Assembly (NCBI RefSeq): GCF_006345805.1
Contig: NC_043010.1
Span: forward strand, 3,224,001-3,288,000
Reading direction: 5' to 3'
Source of the DNA: Octopus sinensis
Taxonomy: Eukaryota
DNA: 64,000 nucleotides
Shown here piece after piece: positions 38,075 to 52,481 of the stretch (the stretch's first letter is position 1; each line of letters opens with the position of its first letter). The position numbers were made by a program, and so were the translations under genes. Under the pieces are notes generated by a model. The model was not told the DNA's origin and did not search any database. It saw nothing but the letters and a program-made list of their open reading frames with translations.

Positions 38075-38340
38075 TGTACACACACACATACGTACACACA
38101 TATACATACACACACACACACGCACACATACACACACATACACATACGCACACATACACACACATACACATACACATACACACATACACACACATACACA
38201 CACACACACAGACATATGCACACACACATACACTCACACATACACACACACATACATACACACACATACACACACACATACACACACACATGCACACACA
38301 CATATACACACACATACATACACACACGCATGCACACACA
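38075..38340. repeat. Degenerate (CA)n/(CATA)n tract
   Basis: Directly visible; other long tracts at 5390-5725, 41395-41665 (TA), 44766-44977, 55812-56078 and 63171-63318 (CAT). Confidence 0.9.
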
Positions 38341-38983
38341 AGTAATTTTTAGAATTAGTTTCACATGTTCAATGAAAGTTGTAGAACAACGATCGAAGAA
38401 TTGTCAAATATTTAAGCACCGAAACAAAACAACATCATCAAATTCCTTATAGATGATGCTCTACCATGTAGGAATTTATAATGTTCAAATAGAGTAGGTA
38501 TTCAAAGGAGGAAGAAAGGTTTGCATTGAGAAAGAAAAAGCCTGGAAGGCTACAATAAATTTAGGAAACTGTGAAGTTCTTTGACAATTGTTTATGAGAA
38601 TATCTTTGGAAAAAAAAAATGGTCTTTTCTGGTATGCTGGAAGAAACATTTTGACAATTATGGTTGTTATATAGAGAAATTATATGTTTATAATATGTCC
38701 AGAATGTATATTTATATATCATTTATATTTATTGATATATTTATCCCTCAGGTAGGGGACTGTTAACCAGCCACACACACCACACACACACACACATATA
38801 TATTTAAGAAATAAGTGCTTGTGTTTATTTGTGCATATGTGTGTGTATGTGTGTGCATTTGTGTATGGATGTATGTACCTCCCTGTACATGATACATATG
38901 TATATCTCCGTCTGTCTGTGTGCCTACCTACCTACCTACCTGGTTTTCTGTCTATCTATTTATCTGTTTGTCTATATGTATGT

Positions 38984-39015
<32 letters not shown>

Positions 39016-39370
39016 TCATATACAAGCTCATATACATTTATGTATGTATACTTCATCACAAGCACCATCCAACCCATACTGACATGGGTTGAATGGTTTG
39101 ACAGGATCCAGCAAGCGGTAGAAATACGAGCTCCAGCGTCTGCTTTGGTATGATTGATGTTGGGAAGGGTGTCCTTCTCCTCGACATCAACCATTTTACA
39201 GGGGGTACCAGCTACCTTTTTTATGATACTCACACCAGTAAGGTCACTAAATAAATTGCAAGACAGAAAAAGAAGAATCCCACTAAACTGTGTGGGGTTG
39301 TAGTAGAAGGTAAGGTATCATTATAGCAGATGTTGAAAGGCTAAAGTATGATATATATATATATATATAT

Positions 39371-39734
39371 GTAAAATTTAATAAGGGTAGAAATTGATAT
39401 TAATCAATTAAAACCAGTGGCCTAGCATATTAAAAAAATCCGAAGATTAAAATATTTTTACATACAAAATTTAAAGGACTGACCACTAAAAGTGGATGGT
39501 CAACGTGCTAGATATAGACATCAAAATCGCTATTTTCCACAAAGAATGTGTTCTCAAATAAAAACTCAGCACAAACCAAAGTGTTAAAAATAAGTGTTAA
39601 AATTGCTTATTTTTAACACTTTGGTTTGTGCTGAGTTTTTATTTGAGAATACATTCTTCGTGAAAAATGGCGATTTTGACGTCTATATCTAGCACGTTGA
39701 CCGTCCACTTTTAGTGGTCAGTCCTTTAAATTTT
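39371..39734. mobile_element. (TA)n-flanked fold-back element, 129-bp inverted arms
   Basis: Arms 39466-39594 and 39606-39734 with an 11-nt loop and a ~95-nt unpaired lead. It shares the AGTGGCCTAGCA motif with the 58-kb element. Confidence 0.65.
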
Positions 39735-40591
39735 ATATATATATATATATATATATACAGAGAGAGAGGCACATGTGTCTTGCTAGAAAAGATCTGTGGC
39801 TACCTTCTTTTACACAGAACTGGGTGGGTGCCGTTAGGTTAGTTGGCTGAGAGTGTAAAGGTGAGTAAATCCAGTCACCTGTGCAGACGTGATGGGTCAT
39901 CTATAAGATGATTGCATTTACCTGTATGGTTCAAATGCAACACAAGTTCAATTTAACTTTTGATACTTCTGGGGGCAAGTACAATATGTACTCTTCATGT
40001 ATTGAGATGATATATTAAAGTACTAGTTGCATACTGAGGTTGATGGGACTGACTTGACCCCTCCACACCTTTCAGGTCTTGTGCTTGTAGTAGAAAGGAT
40101 CATCATCATCATCATCATCATCATCATTATCTTCATTATTATAATAAGTGGGGTGCGGTGGCTGAATTGATGGCACATTGGTTAGTGGCAATTTTCCTGG
40201 CTATTTACCCTCCGAGCTCACATTCCACTGATGTTGAATTTACCTTTTGTTCTGTCAGGGGTCAATAAAATATATTATACCAGACAAGTATTGGGGTCAA
40301 TATAAGCATTTCTCTTTCTCTCTGTCTCTCCTACAGAAGATTTGAAACAATTAATATTATTATTGTTCTTGTTGTTGTTACTGTTGTTGTTTTTATTTTA
40401 TTGTTATCACAAGAATGATTGATCAGCTGAATTGATAGGGCATCCTATAACATGCTTTTCAACAGATAAAATTCCTTTTGGGGCCAATTACACAAAGTAA
40501 GATTCAAGTTCTGGAGTTGATGCTATCAAGTAACTCCCTGGCCCCTCCAAATTGCAAGTCTTGCACCTATGTTTAGTAGAAGCAATTATTA

Positions 40592-40637
<46 letters not shown>

Positions 40638-40981
40638 AGCTGACTTGTGAGACTATTATATGTTATTAAATATTAAAGCCTTCTAAAGTACAGAGTATCA
40701 CAGTTTGTGGGTCTGAGACCTACAATGAAAAACTGGTACATAATGTAGAATATTACTATCAAATGATTATAAAATACAAGTGAATACAGCAGCAGGTGGG
40801 TTATAAACGATAAATACACACACAACACACACACACACTCACACATACACACACACATATACATACATATATATATATATATATGCATAAGTACACATAT
40901 ATACTCACTCACACACACACACACGCACACACACACATACATACATATATATATATGCATAAGTACACATATATACTCACT

Positions 40982-41013
<32 letters not shown>

Positions 41014-41449
41014 TATACATACATATATATATAGCATAAGTACACATATATACTCAAACACACACATAAAGACAGATACATATATACAATCAATCACACA
41101 CACACTCTATTCTGTAAATGTGTGTGACTGCATGAGTATGTTATTGTGTGTGTGTGTGTGTCTATGCGTGTGCATGCTGCATTTCAAAATGTGATCCTAG
41201 TAGTAGTGTTATTGCAACTATTAATAACAAGCTCATCTTACATTATTGTTTACTTTATAAATATTTAGTAAGAATGATTCTTATACAATATAAGGTTTCA
41301 AAGACTTTTCTTATATAGCTTCAGGGCCTGGTTGCTGTCCTTCACTCTATGAGAAATACTGAAGTCGTATACTAGTGAGTGCACTGTAGAACCATATATA
41401 TATGTGTGTATATATATATATATGTATATATATATATGTATGTATATAT

Positions 41450-41495
<46 letters not shown>

Positions 41496-41557
41496 CATAT
41501 ATATATATACATATATATATATACATACATATATATATATAATATATATATATATAT

Positions 41558-41645
<88 letters not shown>

Positions 41646-41924
41646 ATATAATATATATATATATATCATCATCATCATTTAGCGTCCGCTTTCCATGCTA
41701 GCATGGGTTGGACGGTTTAACTGGGGTCTGGGAAGCCAGAAGGCTGCATCAGGCCCAGTCTGATCTGGCAGTGTTTCTATGGCTGGATGCCCTTCCTAAC
41801 GCTAACCACTCCGTGAGTGTATATACATATATATATACATATATATATGTAGGTAACTATATATGTAAGAAGGTGTATGCGTGTGTGTGTGTGTGTGTTA
41901 TATATATATATACATACATATATC

Positions 41925-43840
41925 ACCATCATCATCATCATCATCATCATCATCATTTAACGTCCGTTTTCCATGCTGGGACGATTTGACTGTGGATTGG
42001 CAAGCCAGGAGGCTGCACCTTCTCCAATCTGATCTGGGAGTGTTTCTACAGTTGGATGCCCTTCCTAACACCAACCACTGAGAGCGCAGTGGGTACTTTT
42101 TACACGTGACCGGCACGGAAACCAGTCAGGTGGCACAAGCATCGGCTATGTTCGGATGATGTTTTTTACATGCTACTGGAACAGGAGCCTGTTGGGGCAG
42201 GGAGGCTGGCATTGACTGCATTTGATGGTACTTTTTACGTGCCACTGGCAAAGGGAGCCAGTCAGGTAGCACTGGCAATGACTCACACATGCATGGTGCT
42301 TATTGCGTGCCACCAACACAGGAGCCAGACAGGAGGCACTGGCATCAGCCATTAAATGCAATTTCCATTTGATTGTGATTTGATTTGATTTTGATTTTGA
42401 TTTTACTTGACTCAATAGGTCTCCTCAAGTATGGAATGTCGCCCGGCAAATTGAAGGTACTTTTTAAATGGGCTGGTTATGCGACACTAGTATAGGCTAC
42501 AGCTCTGATCTCACTTTACTTGCTTGGTCTTCTTAATCACAGCATATCTCCAGAGGTCTTGGTTTTTCATCATTGCCTCTGTGAGGCCCAACGTTCAAAG
42601 GTCATGCTTCACCATCTCATCCCATGTCTTCTTGGGTCCTCTCTGCTACAGGTTCCTTCCACTGTTAGGGAGAGACACTTCTTCACACAGCTCTCCTCAT
42701 CCATATGCAGCACATAACCATACCAGCACAGTTGTCTCTCTTGTACACCACATCTGATGCTTCTTATGTCAAATATTTGTCTCGGGGCACTTACACTCTG
42801 TAGTGTGTTCACACTGACATAACAACACATCCAGCAGATCATACTAGCTTCATTTCTTTCAAGCTTACACATGTCTTCAACAGTCATGGCCCATGTTTCA
42901 CTGCCATGTAGCATGGCAGTTTGTACACATGCATCATGCAATCTACCCTTCACTCTGAGCAAGAGGCCCTTTGTTACCAGTAGAGGTAGGAGCTTTCTGA
43001 ACTTTGCCCAGGCAATTCTTATTCTAGTGGCAATGCTCTCCGAGCATCCACCCCTCACTACAGACTTGGTCACCTAGGTAGCAGAAACTATCAACTATTA
43101 CTAGTTTCTCCCACTGGCATATGATGGAATCGGTTTTCTGAGCATCTGTGGTGTTTATTGCCCCTTCGTCACCTGATCCAGCAGTTTGATACCCCTGCAG
43201 TTATTTCTATCTAAAGCATCACCTTTACCTTTGTAGCAGTTGACTATGGTGCTGCTACACCAGTCATTGTGTATGACACTTCGTGAACCACCTGGTTTAC
43301 AATACAAGTGACTAGGCCATAACCCACACCACCAGATATTTTAAGCATCTTAGCAGTGATTCCTGATGGGCCAGGGGCTTTTCCTGACTTCATATCCTTA
43401 ATTGCTTTATCTACCAGGGTGCCAATTATTCGGGTAGCTGGACCCTCTACTGGGTCAACATTTGGCAGACTCTCCTCCTCCCATTCATTCTCCACATTCA
43501 GCAGCCTTTCATAATGGCTTCTCTAAGCCTCTTTCTCTGCAGAATCATTAAAAGCAAGTGCACCATCATCCATGCAGACACATTTCTCTCCTGTGACATC
43601 ACAATTTTCTCTCACACACTGCAATCTGAAATACTTCAGTTCTTTGGTCCTCACATCGCTGAACATTGGCAAACTTCTTCTTTTCTGCTTCTCTATTGGC
43701 TATGTATACCTGTCTACCAGCCTTTCTTCTGACTACCTGGTACAGTTCCCTGCTACCCCAACTCTTCCAGGCTTTCCAGGCCTGTTTCTTTGCTCTAATG
43801 GGTTTGTCTACTGTATTATTCCACCACCATGTCATTCTAG
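41925..43840 (-). mobile_element. RTE-clade LINE, internally deleted and frameshifted
   Basis: [22 protein letters not shown]; AIKDMKSGKAPGPSGITAKMLK; GGCSESIATRIRIAWAKFRKLLPLL...MLHGSETWAMT...WYGYVLHM; (ATG)n tail. Confidence 0.9.
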
Positions 43841-43841
43841 G

Positions 43842-43884
<43 letters not shown>

Positions 43885-44188
43885 AGTGTGTGTGTGTCTA
43901 TATATGTAAGTAGGTGTATGTGTGCATGTGCATATATATATATTTACACACACACACACATATGTATATATACATATATATACATATACATATATATACA
44001 TATATATATATATACATATACACATGGCTGTGTGGTAAGTAGCTTGCTTACCAACCACATGGTTCTGGGTTCATTCCCACTGCGTGGCACCTTGGGCAAG
44101 TATCTTCCACTATAGCCTTGTCAGTGGATTTGATAGAAGTGATCCCATCATGTGTGTGTGTGAGAGAGAGAGAGAGACAGAAAGAGAA

Positions 44189-44242
<54 letters not shown>

Positions 44243-44797
44243 TATGTATATGTATGTGTGTACTCTTGTCCTGCAAGCGAAGATGTTTGTTTCCAGCCTT
44301 CCATGAAAACATGCATAAAAATGGGGGGAAAAATTAACCTTGCTGGGAAACAGGTGAGGCCTGGCAACAGAAAGGGGATCCAGCCATAGACATCCGCCTT
44401 CTGTCTGACCCTTTGCAAACTATGGAAAAGGGGACATTAAATGATGATGATGATGATGCTGACACATATGACAATGGCAATGATATATTCATGTTTACAT
44501 GTGTATCTCTGTAATAATGCATATAAATATTATATTGTTTATGTTTTTACTTAGTTCTGGAGCAGACCTGACAATGTAGATCAGCGACAAAAGGTATTGT
44601 AACCATAAATATCTTTTTATTTTGAGGCATTGTGCACCTCAGACTACATTATCCAATGTGATCTGTTTGCAAACTGGTGGGGATTTGACTGTTATATCTA
44701 GGTCTTTTTAAAGCTGTATATATATATATACACACTTCTCTTTGTGTTTTCATGTTTGGATTAACTTATATATATATATAATATATATATATATATT

Positions 44798-44849
<52 letters not shown>

Positions 44850-44889
44850 AATATATATATATATACATATATATTATATATATATATTT

Positions 44890-44965
<76 letters not shown>

Positions 44966-45253
44966 ATATATATATATCAAGGTGTTGCAAAGACTTCCTC
45001 ATTTTTGTGAATATTATGTACTATTTATTTGTGTGCACATATGTATGTATGTTATATACGTGTGTATCTGTGTGTATGAGTGTGTCTAATGTGTGTGTGT
45101 TTGTATGTGTATGTGTAAGCAAATGCGTGAGTGTGCGTCCGTTTGAAATATAGAGATAAGGAACGACACTGAATGGAAACGATGTAGAAAGAAAAAAACA
45201 AAGAATCAATGTTTCCTTCAATATCCTTTGATGAGTATTTGTAGGGATGTGTT

Positions 45254-45299
<46 letters not shown>

Positions 45300-45760
45300 G
45301 TTGTTGTTGTTTGGAAAACTGACAACTACTACTGACAATCTAGAGGAGAATCTCTGCTGTTTCTTGTCTTTTAACAATATAAATAATGCAATATGTAATA
45401 CAACTTTCAGCAGCTGAGAATCGAATAGACAAAGGGAAGATAACCCCATTCAGAATTCTGTTGCCTACAAAGCTGAAACGTCACAAAATGATGACGATGA
45501 TGATGATGATGATGATGATGTGTGTGTGTGTGTTTGTGTTTGTATGTTTGTCACCACATGCATCTTGTTTGCTGTTTTGTTCATCATTTTATTTTTATTT
45601 TTAGTAGAAAATGTATTATCTATATATATTCACACATTTAAATACAGCTGTGCCTCTGAACATGTGCACACACACATAAATCAAAATATGTACATATGTC
45701 AATCACATGGTTTGTCCTTTATATATATGTGTGTGTGTTCTTATCTGCATACATATCTGC

Positions 45761-45794
<34 letters not shown>

Positions 45795-45874
45795 AGATAT
45801 ACATGCATACATACATACATACGAGTGTGTGTGTATACATGTACATATGTATGAATGTGTGTGTGTGCATATAT

Positions 45875-46115
45875 ATCTTTATATATAAAAGTGAGGTTGT
45901 GTGCTGTCTGTCTCCTATGATTTAGATTCCTAACTACTCCCACATTTTGCAGTGCAGTGTAACCAAAAGCGGGTATCTTATAGTTGCGATTCATATCGAG
46001 CCCTTCTGGGTATTAGCGCGCATCTACAATGAGTCTACGATGAGTCTACGATTCAAAAAAAAAATTACCATCATTTTTTCCCATTTTTAATGCATTTTTT
46101 GCTATTATATAAAGA
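45875..46115 (+). mobile_element. Helitron-like 5' fragment, second family
   Basis: A|TCTTTATATATAAAA start followed by a TGTC-type repeat, the same layout as the 14.5-kb element; no 3' end seen. Confidence 0.4.
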
Positions 46116-46254
46116 TTACTATGAAGTTGCATAACATTACCTTTAATTCTTTAATTTACACACCACCTTACATAGACTGACACATGTTTCAATTATATAT
46201 ATATATATATGTACTGATGTATTTATACACACACACACACACGGACGGACGGAC

Positions 46255-46343
<89 letters not shown>

Positions 46344-48517
46344 GTGTACTGTAAAGTGGTTGGCATTAAGGAGGGCATCTAGTCATAGAAACATAGATAT
46401 ATATATATAGAGAGATATACAAATATGCATATTTATTTACATTTATATGTAAATCAAAACATACAAATCTGTATGTGTACTGACTCCAGATACTTCCACA
46501 TATACATACAACCGCTGTTGAAATTCCTGTGAAGGAGCCTTGGATCTAGGTTGGAAACAGGCTCATTCTCAATTGGCAGGAAATCTAGAAATAAAGCTTA
46601 ATAATCACATACATATATACTCACACACACACACATACACAGACACCCACACACTTCACCGTTTATTATTTCACTTTGGTATAATGATACTTATAACCTG
46701 GTGTTAGAACTCAGTATACATAGGCTTCAGAAAAAAAGCAACAGCTGAGTACAAAACAGTGGTAAGAAATTAAATAAATGACAAGAGAAGAAACAATTAT
46801 ATCATGAGCTTCATTGGCTAACAGTTGTTTCTGCTATAAGTTGTAATGCACTCATATTTGCATGCTTATGTATCAAGTTTGTTTCTGAATCGCATAGATT
46901 TAATTTCAGTCCCACCTGGGCAAATGTCTTTTGTTGTGGCCCCAAGCCAACCAGATCCTTGTGCAGAGATTTGGAAACTGAAAGATGCCTGTTGCCTTTT
47001 GTATTTATGTATATGGGTATGCATGGTTTTGCACCCTCTTCTTGACATTGTGTGATATCACCTTGTTCTGATATAAGTGAGGGTTGGTAGCAGGAAGGGC
47101 ATCCAGCCATAGAAAATCTGGTTCAACGAATTCTATCTGACCTATGCTGGCATAGAAAAGTGGACATTAAAATGATGACGACAATGATGATGATGATTAC
47201 ATAATGTGTGTGTGTGTGCATGCATGTATGTTACATATCATTATCATTATCATGATGATCATCGTCTGGTACATCAGGGAAAATTTCATTCAAATGTTCT
47301 TCTGAAGACATCCACATCTTCATCTCACAGATCTCTGAGATTGTTTGACCAAGTGTTGTGAAGTTGTGGGCCTTTGAATCCTCAGTCGTCACCTTACCCT
47401 ATCCTTGATTCTCAAGCAGGGTTCCTGTGACCCTTTCTGGTCCACAGATTTTGTTGTCAAAGTTTATGTGCAATAAACTGGTTATATTTTTACAGAACAC
47501 AAAATATTTAAACATTTTTATTTACAATTCCTAATAACATGTAATCATAAAAATATAATTGGAGTTTTTAGACACCCAATGATTATAATGGTTACGCTCC
47601 CCTGAGAAAAATAAGAATTAAAGAGATCCATAGTCAAAAAATGGTTGAGAACAACTGCTGGAGAGGGAGAGGACAGAATCTTTGGTACAATGCAGTGGCA
47701 TCCAGTTCAGTGGTCGACATAGCTTTCAGTCCTAAAGCTGGGAACTCAACTTTCCTGGATCTTTCATTTATAAATATCACAGCACATCTATCGCATCTTC
47801 TCTCAAGGAAGTAGAGCCTGAGTTATTTTACCCTCTCCTTGTTGCTCATCTGTTGCACTTAGTTAATCTTTTTTGTGTAGTAGTACTTGATTGCAATGAG
47901 TTCTTGAATTAGTCTGACACTTTGTGGTCCACCACAGTTGGAATCAATAAACACAGGCAGCTGAGAATAAACGTTGTCCACAAGAGTAAAATGGAATCCT
48001 TTCATTTCACCTAGTTTTAAACAATATCAGAATACAACCAGACTCTCAACTGCACAGTGTTGTGACCTTAGCGATAAGCACATGAAATGGTGCATCGTTT
48101 CTCATATAGATATACTCATCATCATCATTTAATGTTCGCTTTCCATGCTGGTACAGGTGTATATATGTATAAATATATATATATATAAATATACATAATT
48201 ATTTAGCAGAAGCAACAGAGTGACTCAGGGGCTGAAAGTTTTATTTGTTAGCATTTATCAAACTCGTTTGCTTCTACTAGTCCATTTTTCCTGTTTGCAT
48301 CACCATTGATTCTAAAGTTTGGGCCTACTAGTTTTGGTCAACATAAAACGTACATTTACGTTATACCACTGGTATTTGAGTACTCTTTTTTTCACCTTGT
48401 TTCACATTTATATATATATATATATAGTTAATCCAAACAAGAAGCACAAAAAAAAACACAACAACGCGAGGACGTGGAACAAATATAGCATTATTGGACG
48501 CTCAGGAAAGAAGGAGG

Positions 48518-48552
48518 GTTTAACGTTTCGAGTGGAGCTCTTCATCGGAAAC
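48518..48552 (-). ncRNA. Minimal hammerhead ribozyme candidate in a pLTR-like element (element about 48426-48640)
   Basis: Minus strand gttt-CCGATGA-a-gag ctcca ctc-GAAA-cgtt-aaac, with palindromic AACGTT stem III; the element is flanked by (TA)n on both sides. Confidence 0.55.
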
Positions 48553-49639
48553 ATAGGAGAAGGAAAGATCCAGAGAAGGGAAGACAGAGGAAAAATATCG
48601 CCAACGGTACACACGAGGTCACATTTTGAAAGACCGGAAATATATATATATATATATTGCCCATATAATACAGTAAATGAATTGATTGCATCGCAATCCT
48701 TAACATTTATGTATTAACTTCACTAGCAGTATATTGGATATATGTTATCCCATGGAGGGTTGCATTTACAACCCCTATCTCAATTTGTAACTATATTCCA
48801 TTATATATATATTTTGTTTTTTTTATCTAGTTTCCAATTGCATATATACACACATATATACATATATCTGTGTGTGTGTGTACAGTTTAGCAATGAAGAA
48901 TGGTGACATTGACTCTAAAGTTTGGGCGCACACGCACACACACACACGCACGCACACGCACACGCACATACACACACGGAAAAGTGACTTAAATAAGGAA
49001 ATTAACAGGTAGAATGTGAAGATATTATAGCCAACTTAGGATTCTTACGGTTACAACGTATTATTCAAATACCTGCTGCAAATCGCATTGAAACATTAAA
49101 AGATAAATCGTTAGACAATTCTCAACACGCTTGGAGTGAAGCTGCTTGTAAGGGAGAGAACCCTGCACTGGCTTAACAGACTCATTCGCAAAATGTATTT
49201 TCTATAGCATAAACATTATCACCACCATCATCACCATGAGCAGCAGCAACAACAAGGAGCAAAGCAAAAGTCTTCCATGTGGTCGCTTCTGTTTGCTAGA
49301 AATAACAGCTAAATTTCTCATCTTGCCTGCTCTAACTGTGCTGACTTGGGGTGGACATCATCATCATCATCATTGTTGTAGTTAGTATCGTCATTGTCAT
49401 TTTCTTTATTATCAATGCTATTTTCTTTTTTAGGTTGGAGTGGGTTGGATAGGTCTTCTGTATCTTGTTCTGCTAACTAACTCGGTATTTTAACATTTTA
49501 TTAATGAAGTCCTGTATGCAGATATTGGATTCTATTCGCATAAGTAATTTCTTTGGCAATCTCTCTTCCACTGGTCATACACAACAGTTTCTATCCAGTA
49601 TTTCCATCAGTGTGGAAAAGTAAAAATAATACTCCAGCA

Positions 49640-49783
49640 TTGATGATGATGATGACGACGATGACGACGACGATGATGATGATGATCATGATCATGATCA
49701 TGATGACGATGATGACAATGATGACGATGATGACAATGATGACGATGATAATGATGATGATGATGATATGATGATGATGACGG

Positions 49784-49816
<33 letters not shown>

Positions 49817-49887
49817 CGACGATGACGACGACGACGATGATGATGATGATGATCATGATGACGATGATGACGATGATGACGATGATA

Positions 49888-49924
<37 letters not shown>

Positions 49925-49927
49925 CGG

Positions 49928-49966
<39 letters not shown>

Positions 49967-50021
49967 CGACGATGACGACGACGATGATGATCATGATCAT
50001 GATCATGATGACGATGATGAC

Positions 50022-50065
<44 letters not shown>

Positions 50066-50401
50066 CGGTGATGATGATGATGACGACAATGGTAACGAAG
50101 ATGATTATGATGACAACTGATGATGATGATGATGATGACGACGATGACGATGACGATGATGATGATGATCATGATCATGATGATGATGATGACGATGATG
50201 ATGATGATGATGATCATGATCATGATCATGATGACGATGATGACGATGATGACGATGATAATGATGATGATGATGATGATGATGATCATGATGATGATGA
50301 TCATGATCATGATCATGATGACGATGATGACGATGATGATGATCATCATGATCATGATCATGATGACGATGATGACGATGATGACGATGATGACGATGAT
50401 A

Positions 50402-50462
<61 letters not shown>

Positions 50463-50555
50463 CGACAATGGTAACGAAGATGATTATGATGACAACTGAT
50501 GATGATGATGATGATGAAAATAGTGACAGTGATGGTGGTGATGACAATGACGACA

Positions 50556-50586
<31 letters not shown>

Positions 50587-50588
50587 CA
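49640..50588. repeat. Compound (GAT)n/(GAC)/(CAT) microsatellite with higher-order duplications
   Basis: The marker GGTAACGAAGATGATTATGATGACAACTG occurs at 50091 and 50470. Confidence 0.95.
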
Positions 50589-51460
50589 TTTGTTGTTATT
50601 CGTCCCCCAAACTAAATAACATTCGAGCATGGACATCTCTTCTTGGCACAATTTACTGAATGGATTTAATAACCAATCCTTCTTTCAATTCAAATCTGCT
50701 CCACTTTTCTCACTGAGGTTGACTTTGTCTTTCGTCCTTTCAAGGTCAATAAAATAAGTTCCAGCTGAGCACTGGGGTCAATGTAATCAACAATCCCCAT
50801 CCCCCAAAATTGCAGGCCTTGCGCCTATAGTAGAAAGGAATGTCATCCAAATAACACCAGCAAATAACAGCCATCTTATTTCTCTCCTTATGATAGAGAG
50901 GTCTTGCTGGATGCAACCGCTGCTTGTGCTAAAGAACTTGAGAACAATAAGGGTTACAGTTGCACTGAGGTGAAACGTGTTGGTAAATACATCAAGGGTG
51001 TGAACCCTCTTCCTGTGAAGAGCACAAAAGGGTCTCTTTCACGAGACCAGTATTGTCATGTCTGCTTCTCAAAGGCTGGCCTACTCGGCCACAAGTGGGG
51101 TCAAAAAGGTGCCCCTATCTACCAATGAGATATCCAACCTGACCTCTCGTGCACCTTTTGTGAAGGGGTTGGCAAGTGTGAATCCCTCAACATATCAGGT
51201 CCCATCATCCAGCTGCTGCTGCTGCTGCTACTGGGTGGGGAAGACTGAGTGGTGGTCAATGTGCAAGGATTCTGATCATCAACTCTTAAGTCTCTTGCTG
51301 GCTTTAGGAACTGTGTGAAACATCATCTGTGATGCAGAGAACAAACCTGCCACCTTTGTGAGAGTGAAATGGACCTAGAAAAGTGCTCTTGTTCAGTCAC
51401 AGTTCAGCTTCTACAATGTGTGTGTGTGTGAGGGGTCGTGGTGTTATGTGTGTGTGTGTG

Positions 51461-52449
51461 ATTATTCTGTTTTATTTCAAGATTTCTTGCCAATAGATCC
51501 AAGGCTCCTTCATTGTACTTTTAGCAACATCAAAAGGGTATTTTTGTATGTATGTATATATGTGTGTATATGTGCAGATTTGTATGCTTTGCTTTATGTA
51601 TACCTTCTCATGCATATAGTCGCATAACTCCACCCGTCTAACACCCGTGGACATATTTACAAAGTCAGAAAACAGCACAGCTCCCATCACTTCAGGAAAC
51701 ATTTTTTCATGCTGAGAGTTGCTGAAGCATGGAACAAACTGCCGGCATCAGTTGTTAGTTGTCGGAGCACTGCATCCTTCAAAACTTCCATGCTTTCTGA
51801 GATTCGCCAACACTACACCTGATTTTCTCCCCTCCACACACACACAAGCATGTATCTGACTCATATATTGTTCGCTTTCCAAACATTTGTACATTACTGC
51901 ATATGCTTTATATGCACTTTCTGACAAGTTGTGGAGCACCTGAGCACTGTATACAATGATTTCATTATTATTTTTTTTTTATGTTCATATATACTTAAAG
52001 GATAAACTTCTGGAATGTTTTACAGATTCTTACAGTTCCACTATTGGCTTGGATCTGTAGTTTCTGAATTAGCTTTCTCCTTTCTGGCTTTGAAAAGTCT
52101 AATTTCTCAAGATTGGTATTTAGGCAGTGTGTTACATATCCCAGGGCCCCTGTAATTACAGGTATAAACCTGAACTTGTAATCTGGATAGAGTAACTGCA
52201 GATTTCTCAGTAGTTCAGCATAGATATTCTCTTTTTCACTGATCTTCAGCTTTATGTTAACATCTGCTGGGTAGCTAATTTCAACAACTGTACACAGTTT
52301 CTCTTCTCTATCCCAAATCATTATATCAGGTCTGTTGTGCTTACATTTTATTGAGGTCTTCACTGGGACATTCCACCAGTATTCCTTTTTATTAGGAGTG
52401 GCTATGGATTCTACCATACTGTGGGTTCTTATTTCTTTGTCCTCAGGTT

Positions 52450-52450
<1 letters not shown>
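51461..52450 (-). mobile_element. Second R4/Dong-clade copy (RLE domain + 3' UTR), interrupted by a CR1 fragment
   Basis: WWNVPVKTSIKCKHNRPDIMIWDREEKLCTVVEISYPAD...EKENIY (PD..E..K restriction-like endonuclease); 3' UTR matches 25.2-25.5 kb. A third 3' fragment lies at about 46410-46615 (+). Confidence 0.85.
51625..51975 (+). mobile_element. CR1-clade LINE 3' end nested in the R4 3' UTR
   Basis: Translates TRGHIYKVRKQHSSHHFRKHFFMLRVAEAWNKLPASVVSCRSTASFK, the typical CR1 ORF2 C-terminus, followed by a UTR and (ATT)n. Confidence 0.8.

Positions 52451-52481
<31 letters not shown>

Noticed and set aside
37867-38452. His-Thr / Val-Cys repeat ORFs (also the YI-repeat ORFs at 41.4, 44.8, 54.1 and 55.8 kb)
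   Set aside because: Artefacts of (CA)n and (TA)n microsatellites.
49591-50659. Poly-Met/Asp/His/Ile ORFs of 100-330 aa
   Set aside because: Translations of a (GAT)n microsatellite, with no complex flanking coding sequence.
50904-51128. ORF with CHVCFSKAGLLGHK zinc-finger-like motif
   Set aside because: Resembles an RTE-type C-terminal finger remnant but is too short and degenerate to call.
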